Assembly: GCA_964035545.1 (NCBI GenBank)
Contig: OZ037766.1
Span: 3,710,722 to 3,774,721, forward strand
DNA from: Bugula neritina
Lineage: Eukaryota > Animalia > Bryozoa
Direction of reading: 5' to 3'
DNA length: 64,000 bases
The translations under genes were made by a program, and so were the position numbers. Below the pieces are notes generated by a model. That model was not told where the DNA came from. It worked only from the letters and a program-made list of their open reading frames with translations, and did no database searches. Positions 33,201-47,600 of this stretch are shown here, in pieces. Position 1 is the first letter of the stretch, and each line of letters opens with the position of its first letter.

Positions 33201-36200
33201 AACCCGGCACCTGAAATTCCAGTAGAATAATGGCAGAGTATTCAAGTACATGGATTAATGCTTATCAAGATAGAAAAAGTTATCAAAACAAATTTACATC
33301 ACCAGCCATAGAATCAAATCAACGCGTTGGAATTCTTGAAACATCTTAAAGCACATTTATTGACCCTGCTTAATCGTGATATAGAACATGTTGTAAGCAA
33401 TTTTAATGCAATAAGAAATCAATTTATAAAAATTGCAAGATAACTATTATGAAGGCAGTAGAAGAATAAATACCTGGAAAAATGTTTTCGCATTAAGTGA
33501 ATATTGAGGAGAATATTGTGCAGGATTAGCACTGGATGGGCTGCCATTGTATAGGAGAGCAAGATAAACAATAATTCCAACAATTATTCCCAAGATAATA
33601 AGAAGACAACTTTCAGGAAAGATGGACGAGAGCTTATTGTTGAGATGAAAGCCTAAAATAAACCAAATAAATACATGTGTATTCAATACATTTGCCATAC
33701 CGGACTATATGAACAAGTAAACATGATAAAAATAGTATATACTATACAATAGCTATAGACAATACACTGTAGATAAAAAAATAAAACATTTGTAAATGGA
33801 ACAGCAAATGAAACGAATGAAATAAAGAAAACTGCTTATTTCACAAATTAAATTGTGGAAATATTTGATATTTAATATCTGTCATTTCCTATTAGTTGCT
33901 CATCATAAAAACATAAGCAATGAATGATTTTAAAAAATAGGAAGTAGTTTATATGTACACAGAGGCATATTTAAACAGAAAAACAACCTGGTCCAAGGTT
34001 AGATGGTGCACTTAAAAAGAGCAAATCTTTCTGCTGTAGGCAAATTGACAAATGTTCAAGAGAAAAACGTCGTCAACCATTACAGCAACTGAAACTTTCA
34101 GAATACAGTTAGCTGATGAAATAAATTCATCAACTACCATTTGTTAAAAATAGAAAAAATCTTTCTTTATTAGCAAATAACAGATCCAAAGCGTTTAGTG
34201 CAATAATTAATCAGACAGTGATTTTGCACTTTGTCAAGTAATTCCATGTTAATATCAATTAAGCTTGATAAACTGCTTCCCATGATGTACCTGAGCCCAC
34301 ACTTTTGTCAAATTAACTTTTCAACTAACTCCAAGTTCTAATGAGATGTCATGAAAAATGGCATAAAAATTGATGATAAAAAATCTGTCTATAAATACAT
34401 ATTAAATGCAAATTAAATACATATTAAACGATATAGCCAATACTACATGATCTTTTTTGCTATATGTATTTAGAATCAGTGCATGAAATTACCCCTTATA
34501 GTAAATTTTCACTAAATTTGAACCAGCCTTTTGGGTTCTATTTTTCTAGTGTATATCAAATAAAATACAATGACTTGACTCATATGATTATATATATTAT
34601 ATTGTATCAGATATTATTATATAGGCTATATTAATCCCAGGCATACGCATATGAGAGTTTAATACAGCCTATATAATAATACCTGATACAATATAGTATA
34701 TATAATCATGAGTCATTTGACTTCATTTGATACACATCAGTAAAATGGAACCTAAAAAGGCTGGTTCAAAATTCATGAAAATTTACTATAAGAGGTAAGT
34801 TCATTCGCTAATTCTAAATATGTATAGCAAAAACACCCTGGGATGAGGTCTTGCAACATAAAATCGCAAACTCATTGTCATATGAGCTTAATCTAATTTT
34901 CTCAAAAGTTAGCTTGCCTATCAATAATGTTAGTCAAAATGGTGAAATAAAACATAGAGTGACATTGATGAAGCATTCAGGCACATTTCTGAGTGAAAGG
35001 CAAAATTTGAATAAATTTAAAACCTGAATTTAAAACTTAGTAGGTGTATTTATACGATGGCAAAGAGCCAGATAATCTACATCTTGTTGTAAGAGCACCT
35101 TATTGCGGGCATAAGCTACTAGCCCCAGGTATATACTACTAGTCCTAAAGCTATATACTTGTCCTAGGTCTTTCTGAAAAGAGGAAACGTGATAACACAC
35201 ATTGCAGGAAATATGGAAACACTTCCTGAAATTGAGTTCCTGAAAACAGGTACAACGCGGATCCCGTGATCCTGAAGTAGATAAGACCAGGTTCTAGCAG
35301 CAAACTGAGCCAATTGGAGGGGTGAAGGGGGGACATAGCAATACACTAGAAGTAGGTGAGCTGGGCAGCTGAATAACTCTTTTAGAAAGTGATAAGTTAT
35401 ATGTATCATGTTATACATGTATATATAACATAATATATGAATAGGTAGGTATATAATGTCATATATGCTTATATAAAGTAATATATGTATATATAAAGCA
35501 ATTTATGTATATATATAAAGTAATATATGTATATATAAAGTAATATATGTATATATAAAGTAATATATGTATATATAAAGTAATACAGTCAACTGCATGT
35601 TACTCTAGCCCTCAGTGAATGAAAGTCAGCAGAACCAGCAGCTAAGCAGAGCTCCAGGGTACTGATCTGTTGTAGTGTGTAATCGTGGCATTCACAGGCA
35701 TATGTCAGCAAAGGATGAAATATTCAACATAGCTTATTGCTTTCAGTGCAAAGTACACAATAATTACTATGTAGTATGTAGTATGTTACAGCATAAAGTT
35801 ATCAATATATTAGCCAATCCCTCCAGAATAATAGTTTCCTTTAATTTACAATGACATGGACATGGGTCCGGCTAGAAGTCCGGCCAGAGGTCCGGCTAGA
35901 GGTCCGACTAGAGGTCTAACTTACATCACACAGTATATAGTAGTTGAAGAAAGTTACTATAATATGTAAGTTATTAGAGTTTAGACAGTCATATGCAGTA
36001 AGTAAACTGCGTCAGCAGTGACTGTTAACTACTACTAGAGCAGCTGCATAGTCTATTCTGTATATTATATAATCAGGCATTCAAAGTTATCAGTGTAGAA
36101 CTAAAGTGTAATACCTCATAGTACAGTGTAATAAGACTCTTGTATATTAAGTGCAGCCATACCAATTTCTATAGATGGTGGCACAAAGCTTATTGCAATG

Positions 36201-36871
36201 TTGAATCAATAGATAAGCTGAGAGTTTAAGGTTGAATGGCAACTTCCTTGTAGCATGGCTTAGAAAATGGCTCTATAAGCAGCTTGTGTTGGCCGTGACT
36301 GAGTGCAGTAGTTTGGGGTTCTTGAGTTTAAAGTTAGGGGCTCCCCTAAACCACCAACTCCAAATTGGAAAACCCCAAACTAATGCACTCATTCACCTAC
36401 AACTCGGAGCTGCTTATAGAGCCATTCCTTATAAACAATTCTTGCATAAAAGTGCTAAGCCATTTTCTAAACCTTGTCATAACAGACTGGAAAAAACTGG
36501 TGTAAGCTTTGTGAACTTGCTTGAGTCCTAACAGACTGGACACATTGCCCCCCCCCCCTCCCTTACATATCGGCAATGTCTCTGGGTCAATAAGGCTAAA
36601 AGGTGTAAATATACTGCAAGCTAAAGACCTGCAAGTCCTATTACTAACCAATCTTGGCTAAACTGGCAATGAAGATCCAGAGTGAGACGACATAGGCTGC
36701 CTCCACGTTGTCAAAGTCAAAGTGGAAGACATGATATCTGTGGTGAGCAGTGGTAGAATTAGAGCTGCCGTGACCACTGGTAGAGGCAGCATCTATGTCA
36801 TGTGACTGGGTGGTGACAACTCCTGACAATATAAACAGCAGCAGCATTAGAACGGCAGCAACAAAATGCAT
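24297..36871 (-). CDS. Sodium/hydrogen exchanger, SLC9A2/SLC9A3-like plasma-membrane NHE, ~992 aa
   Basis: 14 exons (minus strand): 36871-36649, 33652-33474, 33105-32943, 32216-32059, 30795-30545, 29999-29782, 29543-29341, 29044-28955, 28188-28118, 27711-27493, 26186-26033, 25824-25587, 25218-25117, 25006-24297; phases consistent. Motifs: signal peptide, [71 protein letters not shown]. Tail exons are less certain than the membrane-domain exons. Confidence 0.95.
30784..31186 (-). repeat. 21-bp minisatellite (~19 units; minus-strand unit ATATTGCAGGT(G/A)(A/C)TCTATCAT) overlapping an NHE 3' splice site
   Basis: Directly visible; the last unit is the true acceptor plus exon start (TTGCAG|GTTCTCTATCAC at 30795). 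Confidence 0.96.
34454..34833. mobile_element. ~380-bp imperfect foldback palindrome (MITE-like) in an NHE intron
   Basis: The left arm TTTTTGCTATATGTATTTAGAATCAG...TTGAACCAGCCTTTT... pairs with the right arm ...AAAAGGCTGGTTCAA...ATTCTAAATATGTATAGCAAAAA along its whole length; centre at ~34645. The palindrome is certain; transposon origin is inferred. Confidence 0.8.
35460..35585. repeat. 20-bp AT-rich minisatellite (ATATATGTATATATAAAGTA, ~6 units)
   Basis: Directly visible. Confidence 0.9.
35865..35920. repeat. ~11-bp tandem repeat (GGTCCGGCTAGA-like, ~5 units)
   Basis: Directly visible. Confidence 0.8.
36266..36426. mobile_element. Short palindromic MITE-like element, copy A
   Basis: Nested inverted repeats AATGGCTCTATAAGCAGCT/AGCTGCTTATAGAGCCATT and GTGACTGAGTGCAGTAGTTTGGGGTT/AACCCCAAACTAATGCACTCATTCAC; a second copy lies at 41916-42062. 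Confidence 0.75.
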
Positions 36872-39800
36872 GTTCGTTGTTCTCTTCTTAAGAGAGACTG
36901 GAAAATACATTAAATACACAAGACAGTTGCTACTACAGTTAGCACTACACAATATCTGACATAAATGCAATCATCAAACTCTACATAACCGCAGCCTTGT
37001 AGTGCTGCACTATAATATAATAAACTTTGATACTGGAGTATGTGTGGATAGCAGGGAAATAATTACTGTAATTAGTAAAACATATATAAAAGTTAGCCTT
37101 TGTTTGATGTAGCTTAAACCAATAGTATTGAAAAGAACCATCAGTAGTCAATATAACAAGTAGCAGAGAAAGAGAACCAATAGTAGTTAATGTAACAAGT
37201 AGTAGTGAAAGACAGAAGTGAGGTGGCATAAAAAGACCATATTATTTACTGCAGAATATTGTGCTATGAATAAACAGTGCAACAAGTAAACAACATTTAA
37301 ACAATACAGAACATACCATATATTGGATGATTAGTATCTAAAAGACAAGGCATATATATGATGCATCTTATTCACAAAAATTATATAAAACACTCTTTAG
37401 CAGATCAGCGGCAATAGCCATATATAAATACCTGTATTTTCTAGCTGAGTTTTAGCAACAGAAGCACCAACTTCATGTATGTTAACAGCAAATATTAGCA
37501 CCAGTATCACACCCAAAGTTATGACACGGTAGCCGCACGTCCCCATACTAGTTTCCTGGCAGTTCCAGATCGTGAGACGAAGGACGAGGCTACAAGCACA
37601 AAAATTAGGAAATTCAGAAGCTGTGCTGTTGTTTCATTTAATGTAGCAGAGTAATTAGTTTTACCTATTATACCATTATTATTGACAAACTACTTAACTT
37701 AAACACATTTGGTGTGAACTTTACTAATACTAGAAGTTATCAATAGCAAATAGTAATACTACAAATAAACTCTATCAATCATCACCTCTGGCAATGTTTA
37801 TAGTGCACCATATGATAATATTTATAATATTCTATAAACTGGCAAAGCAAGAGAAACCTGTTTGCAAGAACAGAATTTGCTTGCACACTTCAAATATAGC
37901 ATACCTAATGGCTCCATCATCAATTATTGTGTCTCAATAAACATAAGGTAGAGGCAAGTAGGACTTGCTAATTAAAAATATAATAAAAAATGAAAAGTTT
38001 AAGCAAAAAACAAAAATGTTAGTCTAACAAAATTGTTTCCGTAAACCTACTGTGGGTGAATATATTGTGAAAACCTCTCAGCTGTATAAAATGGAGACCA
38101 CCGCTTGGCTACAAGTTGAAATTCCAACTGAGCAGCACATTCTGAGCACAAGACAATGCCTACATGTTTACTGAGCCAGCAACTGCCGTCACGCAACCTA
38201 CACACATAATCTGATTGGCTATATTATCCACCTAACTCCATTACCTACCAACATGTCAACTTACAGATTAATGGTATTCTCAACCAGTCATATTGTTACA
38301 AAATCTTGATAACTTACAAGCAGTTGTCCCAGAACGTGATTCACAATCAACTGGCATACAAAGTCAGTAATTGAAAAAATACATAGTTGTATAAGTTGCT
38401 TAGGTACGAAATAAACAGCTGTTGCTGTATGGCCAATAACTTCACCGGGCCAGTTTTGTAAGCAAATACTAGACAAAAACGTGTTTCTTCTTATAGTTAG
38501 CTGAATTTATTGGTGGTCGGTCTAAATAAAATATTTTAATTAAAGCGCGTGTGAAATGCATAAATTTTCTAGTGGTTAGTGCTAATTATTACCAGATTGA
38601 CAAGCTACTAATACGACACCTTAATTTAGTTAATTTGACAAACCACTTCCAGTTTCAAAGATTTCATAACTCTGTAAATACAGATAAGGACTTTTGATAT
38701 ATCATTTCCTCTATTTAACCACTCTTACGAAACCAAGAAAACCTATCCTAAAGATCAATGCAATATGCTTATCAGATGACTGAACTATATGATAAACATA
38801 TGTACAGTATCAATTTAGTAAACATTCTTTAGTGTATGTTGCTTTCCATGCCACTTCATTTCATCACCTGTCACCAAGTGTCAAACAGACATCATAACTC
38901 ATAGTAGATTATTGAGTACTTCTAAATCAGACATTAACAAGAAAAAAACACAAGACAAGCTAAGTTTATTTACAGCGGTATTTCTGAAAGACACGTTAGA
39001 AAATCTTGCCCATGGTTTGCTCAAATGTTGAGAAGTTATTTTTCCTGTCCGTAGCTATACTTGTGGCTACAGAAGTAACTGAAGATATAAAATATCATGA
39101 GTTTATGTCTTTTGAACAGAAATATTCTAATTTTACTGTGCCCAAAGCTATTGTAAAGTTTTTTGTTGATAAAACAATCTAATGTAAGTTTCACATAAAT
39201 ATTAATTTAGCCATGGCAGCTAGCATTTGTTTGAGCAGCTGCTAAACAAATTTGAATAGACATAGGGTGACTCATAATATAAAGATTTTGATGCTACGAT
39301 GTAATATTTTATCTTCAACAGACGAGTTACTAATCATACGAGTACCTCACAACAGCAATATACCTACTCCGCTGCTTTTTATTTAAAAACCTAGCTGACT
39401 ATTAGCGCTAACTATTAACATTATTATATTGATTAATTAATTCAATTGATTAATACTAAAATAATATTAAAAATATTCAAAACAGAATTATTAACAGACA
39501 CATAGGCCTTGTAATTAGAATCTATAAAAACAAAATAAATGCTGCTACATTAATTTTGACCTACAGTTACACTTTATAATAAACTATTAGCATTTTGAAA
39601 CAATAAATAATTACATATTAATTATAGATTATTACCTATAACTTGTATTGAATTACAATGATTGAATTTTATACTAGAGTTATAAAATAGATTCAATATT
39701 AAATACACAGTCGTATATTTACAGTTATAGCATGAAGCTGGATGTCAGAATGAGTAATACTTAAACTTACTAGTAATAAGGAAACTTAGTTTTACAAAGT

Positions 39801-40064
39801 CATATAAGGAAGCTATGATAAAGACTCAACCAAATAAATCGTAAACTACTGAAAAGGTTGTTAGAAAAGTCTCCAGCTATTGTCACACCCATGGCAACTA
39901 TCTGCTCACCTAATTTGATTCAATTGATGTAAATTTAGCAAAGCAGATCAGATATGCAAATGCATTATTACCACTGAAATAAAAATTGGTGATCAGACTT
40001 AGCAAAACTAAACCTAAGGTTCGAACTACGTAGCAGTAGTGCTAGTAAATAAAATGTAATTCAA

Positions 40065-41445
40065 AATGACTATAAGTTATGACAGCTATAAAAAACAATT
40101 ACGATGACTAACACTATGACTATGACTCATGAGATAAGCCTGAAGTGTGAACATATTAAAAAATCAAATACAATTATTACTGGTTATTCATAATGATCAA
40201 GATACTGAGACCTATAATTATTATTATTATCATTATTATTATTATAATATAATATTAATATAATATACTAAATAGTATAAATATATGTATGGTTATATTT
40301 AATACCATTAGACTTAGTAGTAGTTGCTACAATAACTATAAGTATCAGCATTGCTACTGTATAATAGTTATACTTATCATTATAAGTTATAACAAAATTA
40401 CAACTACTATTACTATAAAATAATTATTATTACTATAAAATATAAGTATAAATATTAATATGAACATAGGCCGTGACTCTTAAGCCTGAAGGCTAAGCCA
40501 TTGTATTTAACTTCAATTTATATTTCTACAACTCTTACTACAAGCAAAAGTAATAATACAAGTAATTTTAATAATTCAATAAATATTTATTCAACATTTA
40601 TCAATTTATCAGTATGAATAAATAAACATTTAAATTTATAAAGAAATACTTCAGTTTCTACTAAATTTAAATAATAACCTATACAGATAATAATAATTTA
40701 AATTATAATACTAATAAACCTACTCATAGACATAGTCAGTTTCACTGGTAATACTTATAGTTATACTGATAGTCAGATAGTGATCGTGATTTTCAATTTC
40801 ATAATAATATGAATACCCGTAATCATAATCATAATAATAACCATAATGAGAGTGAGATTATCCAACAGCAACTTTTACTTTAGGACATAGAGTTACTGTT
40901 AGTGTTAGGGGTAACTAAGACTAAAACTTAAAGAAAAGGATCCAACTATTCAAGTGAGTAACTGACAATGTTAGTAATTTATTAGTAACAGTAAATCACT
41001 AAAACTAAAAGTAAATGTTATACTAATTGTAACTTTAAGAATAAGTGAGTAACACTAACAGTAACTGTAAGTGTAACTAACTAACAGTAACTGTTAGTGT
41101 TATAAGTTAAAATATAGGCCTAGGAATTCTACTTTTTAAAAATAAAAAAATAATTCTTATAGTTGATGTTAATTTGTTACAGTTACACTTATACTTATAT
41201 TTATTCTCATAGTCATAGACTTAGAGTTAGACTATAATAGTCCATAGTGATAGTCATAGTGATAGTCAAAAGTGATAATCATACTCATACTGATACTGAT
41301 ACTGAACGTTATTCTACATCAACCTAATGAAAATTATTCTGTAAAACATACTATCACACTCTGTCCCGTCAGTGTGCAACAAAATTGAAAAATTAGCAGA
41401 TGGTAACACAATGATGATGATAATAGTAATAGTCATAGTAATACT
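40065..41445. repeat. Degenerate hexamer-periodic tract upstream of the NHE CDS
   Basis: ACTATG/ATAGTC/AGTAAC/ATACTG-type units; shares CTTAGAGTTAGACT (41220) with 19118. Confidence 0.7.
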
Positions 41446-41915
41446 TTAATTTTCTATTTTATACCATTCCAGAGCAGTTATGTTAGGTTTTGTAGCCTTA
41501 AGATTTTGATATTTTATTGTCTCCGAGGTGCAAGGTACATCTCTCGCGGAGAAATCACTATATTTTCTAAGGCTAAACTTTGCAAATTAATGAACGATTT
41601 GCGGAGCAATGATCGAATCCCCAAGCTAAAAACTAACAAGAATATAAGTTACAGAAATAATTAGAAGCAGCACCAAGTTAGTAATTATTGAGCGCAGTAG
41701 TTCGAGGAGTGTGATGGCGTCTCAGATTTTGAGTTAGAAATTAAAAGTTTGGGCAGCAATGTTCAAGCAGAATCTGTATTCAGTCACTCCCAACTTGGTG
41801 CTGCTTCTAGCGAGTGTTTCCGTTTCTCATCACTTTACTGGTTTATTCCAATAAACTGGAAAGATAATTCTAGTTCAGTGGCTTTTCTCTCTTCAGTGTT
41901 TCTGTGGAAGGACTT

Positions 41916-42062
41916 CATAAGCAAATACGAGTTGGGGGTGACTAAGTGCAGTAGTTTGCAATTCTCAAGTTTTGAGTTGGGGTTTATTAAAACCCCCAAA
42001 TCAAAACTTCAGAACCTCAAACTACTACACTCATTCACTCGTAACAATTGAAGCTGCTTATG
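41916..42062. mobile_element. Short palindromic MITE-like element, copy B
   Basis: GTGACTAAGTGCAGTAGTTTG...CAAACTACTACACTCATTCAC flanked by CATAAGCA/AGCTGCTTATG; same family as 36266-36426. Confidence 0.75.
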
Positions 42063-42502
42063 GGAGTATTAATTGTTTCTGCGTTAATAATAAACAATAG
42101 CCTAATTTCTAACTATCTCCACCTCACAAGGAAACAACTTTAGTGAGAAAATAACTCTGTACTACAAATCAAGCTAAAATATAACACTTAATAAAGGAAA
42201 ACTTCAGCTTTTGCTTAATCTAAGTAATAATTATAAATGGTTATCTATTGGTATTATAATATAATGTCCACTGCAGACAAACCGAAAAAATGTAGCCTAA
42301 TATGAAAAATTCAGAGCTAAAAACGGTCTTGCAAAAACATCTAATAAAATAAGAGTTTTTGAATTTTTGAATGTTTAGCTGAACCCGCCAATTTGATCAA
42401 TGGCTAAGAGATGGGTCAAAGGCTCAGGAACATGTTTAAATAAATAATGTTCTGTTAGAAAATGCTTGAAATTTTGAATTTCATAATTAAAGTTCTATAA
42501 AT

Positions 42503-42640
42503 CACACACACACACACCACACACACGTTCGCGAACGCACACTCAGACGAACGCACACGCACGCACGCTCACACACACTCACACATACACACACACACGC
42601 ACGCATACGCACGCACACACACACAACACACACACACACA
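42503..42640. repeat. Interrupted (CA)n/(CACG)n microsatellite
   Basis: Directly visible. Confidence 0.92.
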
Positions 42641-44611
42641 TTTTATCATGCTTCAATCAGAGCCCTTTATGTTCTCATTAAAAAAGAAACAGCTTTGCCA
42701 TGCACTACACCATTTCATTATCTATATTTTTCATAGTAATGGTTTGAAAGTCAATATCACAGTATAACACTTAAACTATTTATTAACAACATAGCAGGTT
42801 GTTTCTATGAAAATATAGGATCTATATATAAAATCTGGAAACATATTTTATACCAAACTATAATAATCTATTATATAAGTTCAAATAAACTGTTACACAA
42901 CGAGACTATAATATCAACTCAAAAGTTTCAAGTTTTTAAATTTTAACTCCATTCAACTAATTCATAGTTAACATGGGACTAATTTGTAAACAATGTTCAA
43001 GTTTGCAGGTTATACTGAATTAAGATCACATTGTTACAATAATGATTCGCTAAGAACTTCATTTAATGCATATAGCAGCTCATTCAAAAGCAGTGTATAA
43101 GGATAATGATTATATTATAACTACACTTGGTTTCTGAAAAAACTATAATCTATTTTTCATAATATATTTGAGTATCGAAATAGGAACAATTAATTACATA
43201 TAATTATAAATAATACACAATCTCAACATCTGCTAGTACGGCTTTTATAAATGATTATATATCCAAAACCAACTCTTTTGCAAGAGCATTTTAATAGTTG
43301 CTGTTTATAAATAACTAGTTGTGAAGGATTTATCATAGTGGTTTGTAGTCTTAACTTATAATCCCATGCTATTGTTTTGTTACTTTTAAGTAACAGATGT
43401 AGTTAACAAACTAGATCTCACTATTCTGGAGTTGTGTGCTCCCTCTTAATCTTCATTTTTGAAATAATATATATGCTTCAACATCATTTCCTGTCAAATT
43501 TCATTTTATATGATACTGCTAATTTTTTTAATTCATTGAGCACAAGTTGAATCATATTTTCCCAAAATTCATTAGTTGCAGACACTTTTTTTGCTTAAAA
43601 TAATCCCAGAACAAACATTTGTATCCTCTCGAAGAGAGAACTGCTAACGAATTTAAAAACTATATATATTTTTAAGAAAAATATAGCAGGAAAAAAAATG
43701 AACCAGCCAGTGGTAGTTTACTAAGAGATCATGACTTTACAGCCTTATAACTGGGTATGTTTATAAAGGATTTTGAAGGATTTAAATGATGTTAGAAGAT
43801 ATCTGTGCTGAAGTAACACATTTTAATCCCGAATTCACAGAGCAAATGTTGCATGAAAATAATTTTAAATACCTATATATGCATGCAACAACTCTCAATA
43901 GAAAGTGTATTATATCATGAGGAAAATAATTATGTCTTGGTTTAAATAAAAGAGCCTGTATATAACTTACATTTGTCTTGAGTGTTCATTATAAAACTGT
44001 ATTCGAGAAATTAGCAGATTTATAAGCTGTTACAATTCTAAAGCTTTCAAATGTCATTATGAACTCATCTGAATTGTTATTTATATGTTTTAATCAGGCA
44101 TGTTAATTTTTAGGAGATACTCGAAAGTTTAAATATTTTATCAATAAAATTAATATAGACATGCTGAAACATAATTGTATTGAAACGGCATAAACATGAT
44201 TATTTACTTTTTAATCAATGTTGCCTGTGAAAAATTAGCCTGATTTACTAAAAAGCTGATATAGTTTGTAATTGCTACAATGCTCTACGTTCAATAGCCT
44301 AATGTCTATTTGCACCTCTATATTAGAAAGGTTACAAAACATACTACAAAAAGCTTAATTGCACATACTTTACTGCATGCATGTGAGATTTATGCTTTAG
44401 CAATTTAGTGTCGTACTAATATTCTTTTGTGTAGCAACATGATTGTTCATAATCTGTAACAGTATATTATAAAATCAAAACTATAGCATCATTCAGAAAA
44501 AGGGTTTAGTTTTACTATGATATCACAAACTGATTTCACAAAATATACAAGCACACATCGCAAACTAAACTAAAATATACTAATATACTTACTGTTGTAA
44601 AACTTTTTTAG

Positions 44612-47600
44612 CTAAATAGTTGGTGTTGGTCGACCAGTAGGTATGCTATCAGTTTTAATAGTAAAATCAGGTTCATCTTTTCTGTGAGTTAAAAAGAATA
44701 CTGTAATTACAAGCATTGCCGCCAGAAAAACAATAAAGAAAAGTCTATCAAAAACTTTTGCTACAGCTTTCCATTCCGTGACTCTAAATTCAGCTGTGGT
44801 CGACTCAATTCTCCGATTCTCGTATTCACTTAAAGCTTCTATGATCTGCTGCAGATGAGTGTCTATAGCAGAGAGACTGTTTTTACTAGCAACTGAAGTT
44901 GTCTCTCCATTTTCACTCAAAAGTCCTTTTTCTTCATCGCGAGTCGCCGAGATTTTCTTTTCACAGTTGCTGTTATTTTGTTCAACATCGCCGCGGTGAC
45001 CTCTACTATGGCCGCCGTTGACAAGTCGTAGTCTGACAATGCTGTTACTCTGGCACATTCCGGAAGACCAGGCATTGGGCTGAACTTTTGGGTGTAAATG
45101 AGTCTTAGTACCATGTGTTTTTTTCAGTACTGGCAAACATAGAGCTGAGGCTAAGCAATCGAATGTCAGCCGTCTGACAAGATGAGGGATTTCTATCTCT
45201 CCTCTGTGGTGTATTTGACTTATTAATATGGTACAGATGATAGATGCAGTCACAACTCCTGTTATCACTGATATGTACAAGCCTAAAAGTTGATAAAACA
45301 CATGCTTTAAACCAACTAAAACATATATTCTACTCAAGTAGTTGCTTCATATTATAATAGTTTTAGTTTCAACTAATCATGCAAGTGTAAAATGGACAAC
45401 TTAGGAGTTGTTAGCAGTATAATATTATGTATAAGCATACATTATACTCATTCATATTATGTTCGCATCTGATTCTGGTTGGTTTGTAAAACAGCACTCA
45501 ACCGTTGCAACATTATATAACAAAATATTGTATAATTAAGATAAAAGGAAATTATTAACTACTTTTAAATTTTACGTAAGACAATATTTTCTAATTGGGT
45601 CTAATATTTCAAATGTTCTATTTTGTAATTACCGATTTATTTTGCTACAAACTTCCGATTCTACTTTTAGGCCTACCTGAGAAGTATCTGTCTAGTCACT
45701 TTGCAATGAGCTCATTTAATTAAAAGTGAAACTTAATCAAAAAAATTCTAAGAAAAGCAAGCGCTGTTATCATCTCTTGAACCTTTCTGTTTAATTTATC
45801 CTTTATTCACTAATGAATTAAAAGGAAACAGTGATAAAACAAAACTAAAAAGATCTAGGATATTAGTTGTAGCCTGAACTTCCTATTTATGGCTCGAATT
45901 AATTAGTACAAACTGAGAAGGGGAAGAGAGAACTCTTACTGAGAATGGGAACTGAGTCAGACCTCCTGGGAATACTTTCAGCCACAATCAGCTGAAACAC
46001 GGTGAAGCTAAGAAGCAGCGTTATACCGAGTGATATCTTCTCTCCCGAATCAGGCGGGATCCAGAAGGTAAAGGTCGCCAACATTGAAAGTATAATACAA
46101 GGCGTGATGATATTTACTATATAGTAAAGACTCTCCCGGCTCATCCAAATGTGGAAGTAGAGCGAAGGAAATGACACGTTACCGCAGCAGTCATACACCA
46201 CTTCCTCCCTGTAACAAACACCGTGTATGGAAAGGGATAACTATCTAGTGACTACTTATTTAGTACAAATAACTTCAGTTTGTATGAATGTAGTTTTTAG
46301 TTTTACTGTTGAAAAGATTGAAGCATAATAGCTATCTTACTCTTACTCTACTTTGGCTTTATTCTTATTGACCCCCCAGGCTAAACACCAGTGCCTTAAA
46401 AGCTCAGTTACTACACTATACTACACTTCACCAAAACTCTGTTAGGCAAACTCTAATCAATAGGTATTGTGTATGCATATACCATATAGTCACACTAAGA
46501 GTGTCACTTGGGGTAACTATTCCTCATGTTGGTTGATGATCATGCACCATCTACTATTCATGGGTTCTTTTGTTCTTGTATTTTCATTTTGCTGGCTTGA
46601 TGCTGCATATTGCTTTTTAAAGCATTGATTTATTTAATGATAATAGAAATTCCTTTAAATACTCCGCCCCTGTGAGACCCCCTGGCAGTAAAATTACCAA
46701 TAGCCTTAGTAGAATTAAAACTCATGATATAGGGAACACCAGCATTCTAACTGCTAGATCATGGCTGCTCCTTATTAATCTATTGGTAAAACTTTACCAA
46801 AATATAAAATTCATAGTTACACTAAAACTGGTAGAGATGTAGGCGCCAGTAGCTCACCTGGTAACCCGAGTGTGTTCCACTTTCCACTCAGTGCTAGCTT
46901 TATACACATTCATTCCTATCACCTCGTCAGACGTGATCAAGTTCATCTCAGCTGTGTTGTAGGCCCAGTTGGTCAAGTGGAGATAACAGCTACAAATATA
47001 CTTATAATACAACAAGGTAGTAATGTACATGTTCTGTGAATACAACTGTAATCAATGCTGTAGGTTTTGCTTATTTAGAAACATTTTGATTAGCAAATGT
47101 TGGAAAAACCCGTCTACCATGATAGCTGAGTACTCTGGGTAATAATGCATTTACAAGCAGTTATTGCACAATATACATAATAAATGTAATCTAACAAGTG
47201 ACCTGCAACATGTTGCTCTATATAGTTTCTATTAAGCACACAAATGTTAACAAGTCAAGAAATTTCTAGAAGTTTGGTGACAGCTGGATTTAATGGCCAT
47301 ATTTTTCTTAAAAATATCTTAATGTGGATACAGCTAAAAAGTCGCAGCTTAAAATTTAGACAATAAAAAGATGCTTACCTATTGTAATAACAATAATTTG
47401 TGATTTTCGCAAGTGGTGTGCATTGCACTCAAAAATGGTAGTATAAATAAATTTACAAATCAGGTTAAACTGCTAAAGTTTATTATAATTGCAGAAACGT
47501 GCATTTGATGTTTTTGCATTTGCAGTAAAAGTGATAAATTTTGATACTTAAGTTAAGCCACATATTAAAATCAATAGCAGCATTACTTAATCAGCATTCC

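Noticed and set aside
35151-35418. GC-richer minus-strand ORFs as a possible alternative first exon of NHE
   Set aside because: No NHE similarity, only a weak donor (A|GTATAT), and it would replace the conserved first TM segment; more likely a repeat fragment.
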